Assembly (NCBI GenBank): GCA_963700745.1
Contig: CAVOYT010000012.1
Location: 169,860 to 233,859 of the forward strand
Reading direction: 5' to 3'
Source: an uncultured bacterium
GTDB lineage: Bacteria > Actinomycetota > Actinomycetes > S36-B12
DNA length: 64,000 nucleotides
The translations under genes and the position numbers were made by a program. Every line of letters starts with the position of its first letter. Within the stretch, counting starts at the first letter, position 1. The notes below the pieces were generated by a model that had not been told where the DNA came from, did no database searches, and was given only the letters and a program-made list of their open reading frames with translations. Shown here piece after piece: positions 48,835 to 58,376 of the stretch.

Positions 48835-49882
48835 CTAGCCGTGGCGCGCCATCGCCAGTCGGGTGGTCGAGGCGAGCAGGCCCACGGTGCCCAGTGCCAG
48901 CAGCGCCAGCACCCAGGCCGGGGTCTGCGGGATGCTCGAGCCGTCACCGGCCGGGACCGCTGCCGGGATCGTCGCCGGCTGCGGGACTGTCACCGTGGCG
49001 GGCTCGGGCACCGACGCAGGATCGGGGACCGTCGCCGGCTGCGGGACCGCCACTGTCTCGGGCACTTCGGCAATCGTTGCGGCCTCGACCGGAGCGACAA
49101 CCTCGGGCGCCTCGACGGTGGCACCTTCAACGGCCGTTCCGCCTTCAGTCGTCCCGCCGCCACCACCGAGCACGCAGTACGTCTCAGCACTCTGGCCTTC
49201 GGGAATCACCAGTCCGGCATTCGCCGTAGCGTCAGCCGGGCATGTCGCCGACGGCGCCACACAGAACGTCTCTGCCGTCTGGCCTTCCGGGATCACCACA
49301 CCGGCATTCGCCGTAGCGTCAGCCGGGCATGTCGCCGACGGCGCCACACAGAACGTCTCTGCCGTCTGGCCTTCCGGGATCACCACACCGGCATTGGCCG
49401 AAGCATCATCCGCGCACTTCGCCGGCTCGGGAGCCGGAGCGGGCGGACACGGTGTTCCGGGTGTCACCACGAAGTCGAGTCCAGCATGGTGCGCCAGATG
49501 CGCCTCCCATGCCTGGACGTTCATGGTGATGATGTTCTAGCCGTCACCGGTGCTCCCACGTGCCCTCAACCTTGTGGCAGATCGTCATCTTGTCATGGCT
49601 GGACCCTGGGGTGTCACCGGGCTGCTGCCCTGGCGGAGTGTTGTTCTGGCCCGGAGCCTGAGCCGACTTGCCGGGGTCGTCCGGCCTGTTCGGGTTGTCC
49701 TTGGCAGACGCTACGCCCGCGAAGGCGAGCGCCCCGAACACCAGTGCAAGTACCGAGATCACGGCCGTGATGACGGCCGCCCATGGAGTCCTTCGTGTCA
49801 TCTTCCTTGTTGACGTTGTCATTACTCTCGCCCCCTTGCGGGATACCTGACTTGCCACCATCAGGATGCTGCGGCCCGCCAC
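48835..49882 (-). pseudogene. Secreted, C-terminally anchored Cys-repeat surface protein with an ICH..AHL.HH motif; broken near 49537-49555 (frame change plus in-frame TAG)
   Basis: Signal/TM TPWAAVITAVISVLALVFGALAFAGVASA and KMTICHKVEG in ORF 49544..49882. NIITMNVQAWEAHLAHHAGLDFVV, three 29-aa Cys repeats, a P/V/E/A linker and the C-terminal IPQTPAWVLALLALGTVGLLASTTRLAMARHG in ORF 48835..49524. Confidence 0.6.
49171..49430. repeat. 87-nt coding tandem repeat, about 3 units; copies 49214-49300 and 49301-49387 are identical
   Basis: Direct comparison of the printed lines. The unit encodes CPADATANAGVVIPEGQTAETFCVAPSAT. The flanking partial units are diverged. Confidence 0.9.
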
Positions 49883-50025
49883 CTGGTGGCAGGTCGTCGG
49901 GCGGTCAAGACGTGGCAGAAGCCGATCAGCGCCAGCAATGCTCGGTCACATCCGACCCGAAGTGACTTTCGGCCGTGTTGCGGCGTGACGGACGGGCGTA
50001 TCCTCGCCTCATCAGGGCGGTTGAT

Positions 50026-50983
50026 TCAGTTCACTGCCGTGGTGCCGTTGCCGGGCTTGTGCAGGTACATCTTCAGGTCTGCCCGGCGCACCGCCTCCGG
50101 AAGCGGCTCTCGAATCCCCCACGTCGACAGACCGACGGTCCACTGCGCTCCGCCCGTCTCCCTCAGCCGGGCCATGAGTGCCTCGGCCTCCTCGATCGAA
50201 GTCCCTGGAAGCACCAGGACGAACTCGTCCCCGCCGGTGCGCGCTAGCTGATCGGTGTGTCGCAGCTCGGTTCGCCAACCAATCACGAGGCTGGCCAGGA
50301 GCTCGTCACCCGCGGCATGGCCGTGCTCGTCGTTGTAGGCCTTGAATCCGTCCAAGTCAATCGCCGCGACCGTCGTGCTCCGGCCATCTCTCGACGCGAG
50401 ATCGTGGGCCAGGGCGGCCGCCTGCTCGAGCCCCCGGCGGTTCAGCGCCCCGGTCAGCTGATCATGCAGTGCCTGATCACGCAGACGAGCGCACCAGCGC
50501 CTCGGTGACCAGTGAGACGACGACGACCAAGGCACAGACGAAGGCCGCGTATCCAAAGGTGTCGAGGCGATGTTGGACAATCACCGCGCAGCAATACCCA
50601 ACAAGACCCACGGCTCAGGACCAGGACCAGTTGCCGCAGTTCGAGGGCCAGTGCGGCGATCACCCCCAGCATCAACAGGTACAACCCCACCATCAACTGC
50701 CCCTGGCCGCCCGCAGACACGAGGGCGACCGAGATGGCCAGCACGTCCGCGCAGAGCACGAGGACGACGAAACACCACGGCCGAGCGACGCGCCTTCCTG
50801 AGAATGACCGTGACGATCGCGAATGCCGCCGTAAGCGCGGCCAGCACGGACAACGTTCGGGGATTCGAGTCCGGAAGAGGTGGCTTCACCGCATTCGTGA
50901 GGAGCTGGACCGCAGGCAAACGCGAACCAGGCGGTCAACAACCAGAAAGGAGTTAGCGGTCCGGTGACCGACAACCGACCCAT
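50026..50983 (-). pseudogene. Membrane-anchored GGDEF diguanylate cyclase; the N-terminal TM region is frame-broken (about 3 changes)
   Basis: HDQLTGALNRRGL...VAAIDLDGFKAYNDEHGHAAGDELL...RTGGDEFVLVL (ORF 50026..50580). TM pieces lie in ORFs 50454.., 50581.. and 50693..50983. Confidence 0.75.
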
Positions 50984-51187
50984 GACCGCGTCCCCTCAAC
51001 AGACCCATCGTAGGGGGCGGGCCACGCTATTGCCGTTCGATCGACCGCACGGAACGGGACTGACCACCTTCCGGCGGAACATGCCTCGGCCGCCAGTTCG
51101 GGACGTAAGGTCCCCGTAATCCGTGGTCCGCCACGAGGGCCGCACCGTCCCCTACGGTCGAGGCAGACAGTCGCCGACGGGAGTCCC

Positions 51188-51469
51188 ATGCACAGACGAA
51201 TCGCCCTTGTGACAATCGCCGCCCTGGCCTCCGGGCTGGTCCTCGTCGGCGGAGCCGCGCCAGCCGCCGCGGAGCCCGATACTCGGTTCGGCTCGTGCAA
51301 GGCGATGCGGGCGGTCGACCCCAACGGCGTCGCCCTGACGCAGCGGGCGGTCAAGCGGGCCGTCAAGCAGGGCTATCGCAAGCCGCTGCTGTGCCCGATC
51401 GCGTACGACGCCAACAAGCGCCTCGACCGCGACCGTGACGGCGTCGCGTGCGAGCGCCGCAAGCGCTGA
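51188..51469 (+). CDS. Secreted Excalibur calcium-binding domain protein
   Basis: Signal MHRRIALVTIAALASGLVLVGGAAPAAA. C-terminal DRDRDGVACE. Confidence 0.8.
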   Translation: MHRRIALVTIAALASGLVLVGGAAPAAAEPDTRFGSCKAMRAVDPNGVALTQRAVKRAVKQGYRKPLLCPIAYDANKRLDRDRDGVACERRKR

Positions 51470-51483
51470 GGTTCGCGCAGGTG

Positions 51484-52674
51484 TCAGTAGGAAGGCTTGT
51501 CGGGCTCGATCTGCGCCACCCACTGCAGGATGCCGCCGCCGACGTGGATCGCGTCGGCGTACCCGGCGCCCTTGACGACGGCGAGCGCCTCGGCCGATCG
51601 CGCGCCCACCTTGCAGTGCAGGACGATGCGCCGATCGCTCGGCAGCTTCTCCAGTGCTGAGCCGTCGAGGAACTCGCCCTTGGGGATGAGGATCGCGCCG
51701 TCGATGCTGACGATCTCGAACTCGTTCGGCTCCCGCACGTCGATGAGGACGAAGTCCTCGTCCCCGGCGTCGCGGGCGTCGAGCATGCGCTTGAGGTCGA
51801 CGACGGAGATCGTCGAGTCCTTCGCCGCTTCCGCAGCCTCGTCGGAGATCGTGCCGCAGAACGCCTCGTAGTCGATGAGCTCGGTGACCGTCGGGTGCTC
51901 GCCGCAGACCGCGCAGTTCGGGTCCTTGCGGATCTTCACCTGGCGGTAGGTCATCTCGAGCGCGTCATAGACCATGAGTCGGCCCAGCAGGGTGTCCCCC
52001 ACGCCCGTGAGCAGCTTGATCGCCTCGGTCACCTGGATCGACCCGATGGACGCGCACAGCACGCCCAGCACGCCGCCCTCGGCGCAGGACGGCACCATTC
52101 CCGGCGGCGGCGGCTCGGGGTACAGGCAGCGGTAGCACGGGCCGTGCTCGGCCCAGAACACGCTCGCCTGGCCGTCGAAGCGGTAGATCGAGCCCCACAC
52201 GTAGGGCTTGCCCAGCAGGACGCACGCGTCGTTGACCAGATAGCGCGTGGCGAAGTTGTCGGTGCCGTCGACGATCAGGTCGTACTGCGAGAACAGCTCG
52301 AAGACGTTGGACGAATCCAGGCGATCGGTGTGCAGGTTCACCTGGACGTACGGGTTGATCTCCAGCACGCTGTCCCGCGCGCTCTCCGCCTTCGGTCGGC
52401 CGATGTCGCTCTGCCCGTGGATGATCTGCCGTTGCAGGTTGCTCTCGTCGACGACGTCGAACTCGACGATGCCGAGGGTGCCCACGCCGGCCGCGGCAAG
52501 GTACATGAGCGCGGGGCTGCCGAGGCCGCCGGCGCCCACGCACAGGACCTTCGCGTTCTTCAGTCGCTTCTGCCCCGTCATGCCCACGTCGGGGATGATC
52601 AGGTGCCGGCTGTATCGACGGACCTCGTCCACCGACAGGCTCTCGGCAGGCTCGACCAGCGGGGGAAGGCTCAC
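51484..52674 (-). CDS. moeZ: MoeZ/MoeB-type adenylyltransferase-sulfurtransferase (ThiF domain plus rhodanese)
   Basis: Intact 396 aa. YSRHLIIPDVGMTGQKRL, VGAGGLGSPALMYLAAAGVG, CxxC pairs, and the rhodanese active site LHCKVGARS. Confidence 0.9.
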   Translation of the reverse strand: MSLPPLVEPAESLSVDEVRRYSRHLIIPDVGMTGQKRLKNAKVLCVGAGGLGSPALMYLAAAGVGTLGIVEFDVVDESNLQRQIIHGQSDIGRPKAESARDSVLEINPYVQVNLHTDRLDSSNVFELFSQYDLIVDGTDNFATRYLVNDACVLLGKPYVWGSIYRFDGQASVFWAEHGPCYRCLYPEPPPPGMVPSCAEGGVLGVLCASIGSIQVTEAIKLLTGVGDTLLGRLMVYDALEMTYRQVKIRKDPNCAVCGEHPTVTELIDYEAFCGTISDEAAEAAKDSTISVVDLKRMLDARDAGDEDFVLIDVREPNEFEIVSIDGAILIPKGEFLDGSALEKLPSDRRIVLHCKVGARSAEALAVVKGAGYADAIHVGGGILQWVAQIEPDKPSY

Positions 52675-52792
52675 GGTGTCTCCAGGGTCACGGAACGTAC
52701 GACTGAACTGCCAAGGCTAGTCGCGCCGCGGGGCCCGCCCGATCCACCCGCACCCACCTGCAAAGGGTTGGCAGGAAGGCGACGCGGACGGG

Positions 52793-55700
52793 CTACTCCC
52801 CCGCCGCGGTCGCGGACGTCGACCCCTGCGCGATCAGGTTGCGCATGGCCCGCAGGGCCACCGACAGTGTCGCCAGGTCCGGATTCTCCACGGCGGCGAT
52901 GTCGTCGAGCGTCGTGCGTGCACGGGCGACGCCTTCGGTGTGGGCGCCCTCCCACATCACGAGCCGATCCATGGGATCGATGTCGTGCGGTGTCGACCTC
53001 AGCACGCGGGACGTGAGCCCAGCGACAACCGCGTAGAGGTCGCTGCGAAGCGCCTGCCTCGCGAGCGAGCTCCACCGGTCGCCGCGGGGCAGGTCCGTGA
53101 TCCGCACCAGAGTGCGGTCGATGTCGTAGCGCTCGGAGATCGCGAAGTAGAGCGGCACGACGGTGTCCGCCGACTCTCCCGTACGCACGCAGATGTCGGT
53201 GATGTCCAGGAGTGCGAACACGTCGAGGGCTACCGCGATCCTTCGCGCCAGTTCCACTGGCGTCCCCGCCGACGTGAACCTCTGCGTGAGTCGCTCGAAC
53301 CGCTCCCGCTCGACGCCGAGGAGATGCGCGGGAACGCCCTGCGCGCGGTCCGTGACGACCGAGCCGAAGCGGTCGATCTCACCCTGCACATCGAGCGATC
53401 CGCCGCGCGTCTGCAGGAACCAGCGAGTCGCGCGCTCGAGAAGTCGCCGACTCTCCAGGTGCAGGGCGCTCTGCGCACTGGCCGGGATGATGTTGTCCTG
53501 CTCGTTGATCTCCTGCCACACCTGGGCGATCCCGAAGATCTCCATCGAGGCCGCGGCCGCCCGGACCACCTGGGGAGCACTCGCCCCCGTCTCCTCCATG
53601 GCTCGGAACACGAAGGAGATGCCGGCCACGTTCAGAAGAGTGTTGACGGTGACCGTGCTGATGATCTGCGAGCGCAGCGGGTGGTCGGGGAAGGCCTCGG
53701 CGAACCGCTCCACGAGGGCGGGCGGGAAGTAGCGCCGCAGCGCCGTCTGGAAGTACGGCTCGTCGGGAAGCTCCGACGCGTTCAGCTCCCGCGTCAGCCA
53801 GATCTTCGCGTAGGCCAGGAGCACGGACAGCTCCGGCGACGTCAGCCCCTCGCCGGCCGCGCGGCGGGTGCGCAGCTCCTCGTCGTCGGGGAGGTACTCC
53901 AGCGCCCGATCCAGGAGTCCGACGCCGCTCCAGCTCGCGGATCATGCGCTGGTGCACGGTGATGAGGCTGGACGTGCCGGCCCTGGCGTTGCCGAGCACC
54001 ACGTTCTGCCCGTAGTTGTCCTCGAGCACCTGCTTGGCGACCTCGTCGGTCATCTGGGCCAGCAGCTCGTTGCGCTCGTCCATCGACAGCGCACCCTGCC
54101 GGACGATCCCGTCGAGCAGGATCTTGATGTTGACCTCGTGGTCGGACGTGTCGACGCCGGCCGAGTTGTCGATGGCGTCGGTGTTCAGCCGCACGCCGCG
54201 TCGGGCCGCCTCGACGCGGCCCAGCTGGGTGAGCCCGAGGTTCCCGCCCTCGCCGACGACGCGGCACTTGAGCTCGGATCCGTTGATCCGGATGCGATCG
54301 TTGGCCTTGTCCCCGACATCGACGTTGGTCTCGGTCTGGGCCTTGACGTAGGTGCCGATGCCGCCGTTCCAGAGCAGGTCCACCGGGGCCTTCAACGACG
54401 CCTTGATCAGCTCGTCCGGAGTCATCCGGGTGACCCCGGAGTCGATGCCGAGCGCGGTCGCCATCTGCACCGTGATCGCGATCGACTTGAGCGACCGGGG
54501 GAACACGCCGCCGCCCTCGGAGATCAGGGAGGTGTCGTAGTCGGCCCACGATGACCGGTGCAGGTCGAACAGCCGGCGCCGTTCGGCATACGAGGTCGCC
54601 GCATCGGGGGTCGGATCGACGAAGACATGCCGATGGTCGAAGGCCACGACGAGACGGATGTGCTCGCTCAGCAGCATGCCGTTGCCGAACACGTCTCCGC
54701 TCATGTCCCCGACACCGGCGACGGTGAAGTCCTGGGTCTGGGTGTCGATGCCGAGCTCGCGGAAGTGCCGCTTGACCGACTCCCAGGCCCCGCGGGCGGT
54801 GATGCCCATGGCCTTGTGGTCGTAGCCGACCGACCCGCCGGACGCGAACGCGTCGCCCGAGCCAGAAGCCGTACTCGGCGGCGATCGAGTTGGCGAGGTC
54901 GGAGAAGGTCGCCGTGCCCTTGTCCGCGGCGACGACGAGGTAGGGGTCGTCGCCGTCGTGGCGGACGACGTCGACGGGCGGGACGACCGCGCCGTCCACG
55001 AGGTTGTCCGTGATGTCGAGCATCGACGCGATGAACTCGCGGTAGGCGGCCTTGCCCGCGGTGAGCCAGGCATCGCGGTCGACCGACGGGTCGGGGAGGT
55101 TCTTCGCGTAGAACCCGCCCTTCGCCCCGACCGGCACGATCACCGCGTTCTTGACCTCCTGCGCCTTGACCAGGCCGAGGATCTCGGTGCGGAAGTCCTC
55201 CTGCCGATCGCTCCAGCGCAGACCACCGCGGGCGACCGAGCCGAAGCGCAGGTGCACGCCCTCGACGCGCGGCGAGAACACCCAGATCTCGTAGGACGGG
55301 CGCGGCAGCGGGAGGTCCGGGATCGCCCGCGGGTCGAACTTGAAGGCAATGGACGAACGGTCGACACCGTCGTCGTCGACCTGGAAGAAGTTGGTGCGCA
55401 GGGTCGCCTGGATCATGGCCAGGTAGTTGCGCAGGATGCGGTCCTGGTCGAGGCTCTTCACCCCGTCGAGGGCCGTCTCGATCTCCTCGACGATCCGTGC
55501 CGCACGCTCGTCGCGACGGTCGGCGCTGCCGGGCGTGAATCGGGTCTCGAAGAGGCGCAGCAGCAGCCGGGTGATCGCCACGTTGCCGACGACCACCTCC
55601 TCCAGGAACCGCTGGCTGAATGTCGAGCCGATCTGACGCTGGTATCGCGAGTAGGCGCGGATGACGAGCGCCTGCCGCCACCGCAGGCCGCCGCTGACGA

Positions 55701-57653
55701 CGAGTGCGTTGAAGCCGTCGACGCCGCAGCGCCCGGCCCAGGCGGCGGCGAACGCCTCCTCGAACCGCTCCGCGAGCGACGACCGCGAGGGGATCTCCCC
55801 AGCGGGAAGGCGCATGCCGAAGTCGAGGATCCACGCCGGCTCCTTCAGGGCGCGGGTGAGCTCGTACGGGTACTCGTCGACGACGTCGACTCCCATGGAC
55901 TGCAGGATCGGCAGCACGCGGGTACAGCGACATCGCCGGACCGATCCGAGTGATCTTCAGCCTCAGGTCCTGGCGATCGCCGTTGGGCGGGGTGTAGATC
56001 TCGAGGGACAGCTCGCCGGGTGCGAGGCCCTCGATGACGAGGGCATCGTTCACGCCGTGGCCGGGACCGAAGTCCTCCTTGTAGGAATCGGGGAAGGCGT
56101 GCGAGTACGTGCGGATCATGTCCGAGGCTGACGCGTCGCGAACCCGTGACGTCAGTTGTGAGAGGAAGTCGTCCTGCCAGCTGCGGGTGGCCGCCGCGAC
56201 CCGCGCCTCCAGGTCGTGGGCGTCGACGGACGGCAGCCCGCGGCCGATAGGGCACGTGGATGACGAAGTGCAGGCGGGCGAGCACCGACTCCGACACTCG
56301 GGCGGTGTAGTCGACGGTGGTGCCGCCGAAGTGCCTCCACGAGCAGTCGCTCGATGCGGGTACGTACCTGCGTGGTGTAGCGGTCACGCGGCAGGTACAC
56401 CAGGCACGACATGAACCGGCCGTAGTCGTCAGGGCGCAGGTACAGCTTGGTCTGCCGACGCTCCTGCAGGTGCAGCACGGATCGGGCGACGGTCGCCAGC
56501 TGGTTGTTGTTCGTCTGGAACAGCTCGTCCCGCGGGTAGGTCTCGAGGAACTGGAGCAGGTCCTTGGCGTCGTGGGACCCGGCGACGTAGTCGAGTTCGG
56601 ACTCGAGGTGAGCGGCCTTCATGCGCAGGATCGGGATGTCGAGGACGCTCTGGGTGTAGGCGCTCGACGAGTACAGGCCGAGGAACCGTCGCTCCCCGAC
56701 CACCTGACCCGTCGAGTCGAACATCTTGACGCCGATGTAGTCGAGGTAGACGGCGCGGTGCACCGTGGATCGCGAGTTGGCCTTGCTCAGCACCAGCAGC
56801 TCCGGCTTGCGCGCCTGCGCGCGAACGGCCGGCGGCAGGGCCGCGAAGCTCTTCGACATCGCAGTCGGCATGTCGGGATCCACGTCCATGCTCAGGATGC
56901 CCAGGCCGCTGCCGTCCACCGGGATCAGGTGGTCCTCACCGTCGACCGTTCGCAGGTCGTACTCGCGGTAGCCGAGGAAGGTGAGGTTGTCGTCGGCCAG
57001 CCAGCGGAGCAGGTCGACGCCCTCGCCGACCATCTCCGCCGGCAGTCCGCGCGGCGGGAAGGCCTCGATCTCCTCGGCGATGATGTTCGCCCGCGAGCGC
57101 ATGGCGCGCCAGTCGCGGACCGCCGCTCGGACGTCGTGCAGGACCGCCGGCGATGCGCCGCTCGAGCTTGCTGCGACGCCCTCGCTCGTAGGACGGCTCC
57201 ATCTCGATCCACATCCACGACTCCGCGAGAGTGTCCGGCGGTCGCTCGTCGTCGACGTCGATGTCGAGGATCTCCTCCAGCCGGCCCTCGGCGTCGCGCC
57301 GCACGACGAGCTGCGGGTGGACGACGAGGCTGATGGGCCGGGCGTCGGCCGCCGAGCGCGTTGGTGACGGAGTCGACCAGGAAGGGCATGTCGTCGGTGG
57401 CGATCAGGAGGGCGCAGTCGGCGCGCCCGGGCCCGTCGATGTCGGCGATCTCGCACCAGGGCCGACCCGGACGCGCGGGTGCGGGCGAACTCGATCAGCG
57501 TCGGCGGCGTGGGCGGCCAGGGACTCGACGGGATGGCTGGCGATGTCCTCGTCGGCCAGGTAGCGGGTGAACCGCGTGGTCAGCACCCGGGCATCCCGGG
57601 TCGGGGATCGCATCCAGGGACTCCTGCAACGCCTGGGAGGGGCTGCTGGTCAC
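52793..57653 (-). pseudogene. gdh: Large NAD-specific glutamate dehydrogenase (~1620 aa class), heavily frame-broken as sequenced (at least 10 changes)
   Basis: TDDMPFLVDSVT (ORF 56925..57389), FLGLYSSSAYTQSVLDIPILRMK...RQTKLYLRPDDYGRFMSCLVYLPRDRYTT (56152..57456), LPILQSMGVDVVDEYPYEL...[38 protein letters not shown] (53842..55917), [19 protein letters not shown]...[10 protein letters not shown]...GEGGNLG (53379..55073), and the C-terminus (52793..53824). GTG start at 57653. Confidence 0.8.
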
Positions 57654-57867
57654 GTGATCGCCTCTTCACACGACGAACGGGTCGGCTCAGGACCCGGGTC
57701 CGCACGCCGTTGTGCGGTTCCGAGCGCAACGGTAGTCGCCGCACCCCCCTGCGGTGGTGCTATCCGGCCTCCACTGCGGAACGGGCGCGGCGAAGGGGTG
57801 TCCGGTCTGGCAGGCTCCTCCGGCATGATGGCCGTCTCGGACGCGACGGACGCGGGACCCCGCGGGA

Positions 57868-58374
57868 ATGGAGCACACGTGGCCACGGGGCTGTCGCTAT
57901 GAGCAGCACTTCTCCGCCGATCCGGCGACCGTCATGGCGATGCTTCGGCATCCGGACTACGTCCGGGAGAAGGGCGAGCGCACCGGCTCCACCGAGGTGA
58001 CCGTCGACGTGGCCGACACCGCCGACGGCGGCGTGGTCATCACCAGCACCCGGTCCATGCCCGCCGAGGTCCCGTCCTACGCGGCGCCGTTCGTCGGCGA
58101 CTCGATCACCATCACCGAGACCCAGACGTGGACGCCGCCCGCCGAGGACGGCTCCGCTCGGGCCGACGTCACGGTGGTGTTCGACTCCCCGCTGGCCTAC
58201 CGCGGCACCATCACGCTCGCTGCGGATGCCGACGGCGTGGTGCTGAGCAACGAGGGCGAGTTCAAGGCCAGCGTGCCGTTCGTCGGCGGCAAGGTCGAGA
58301 GGGTGGCCGCCGAGATGACCGAGAAGTACCTCGCCAAGGAGGCCACCGTCGGCGCGGAGTGGCTGTCGGGCTGA
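57868..58374 (+). CDS. DUF2505/SRPBCC-like protein
   Basis: YEQHFSADPATVMAMLRHPDYVREKGE...VPFVGGKVERVAAEMTEKYLAKEATVGAEWL. The exact start is uncertain. Confidence 0.65.
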   Translation: MEHTWPRGCRYEQHFSADPATVMAMLRHPDYVREKGERTGSTEVTVDVADTADGGVVITSTRSMPAEVPSYAAPFVGDSITITETQTWTPPAEDGSARADVTVVFDSPLAYRGTITLAADADGVVLSNEGEFKASVPFVGGKVERVAAEMTEKYLAKEATVGAEWLSG

Positions 58375-58376
58375 CG

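Noticed and set aside
49171-49430. 87-nt repeats as a possible CRISPR array.
   Set aside because: The repeats are contiguous with no spacers, are in-frame coding sequence of a surface protein, and no cas genes are present.
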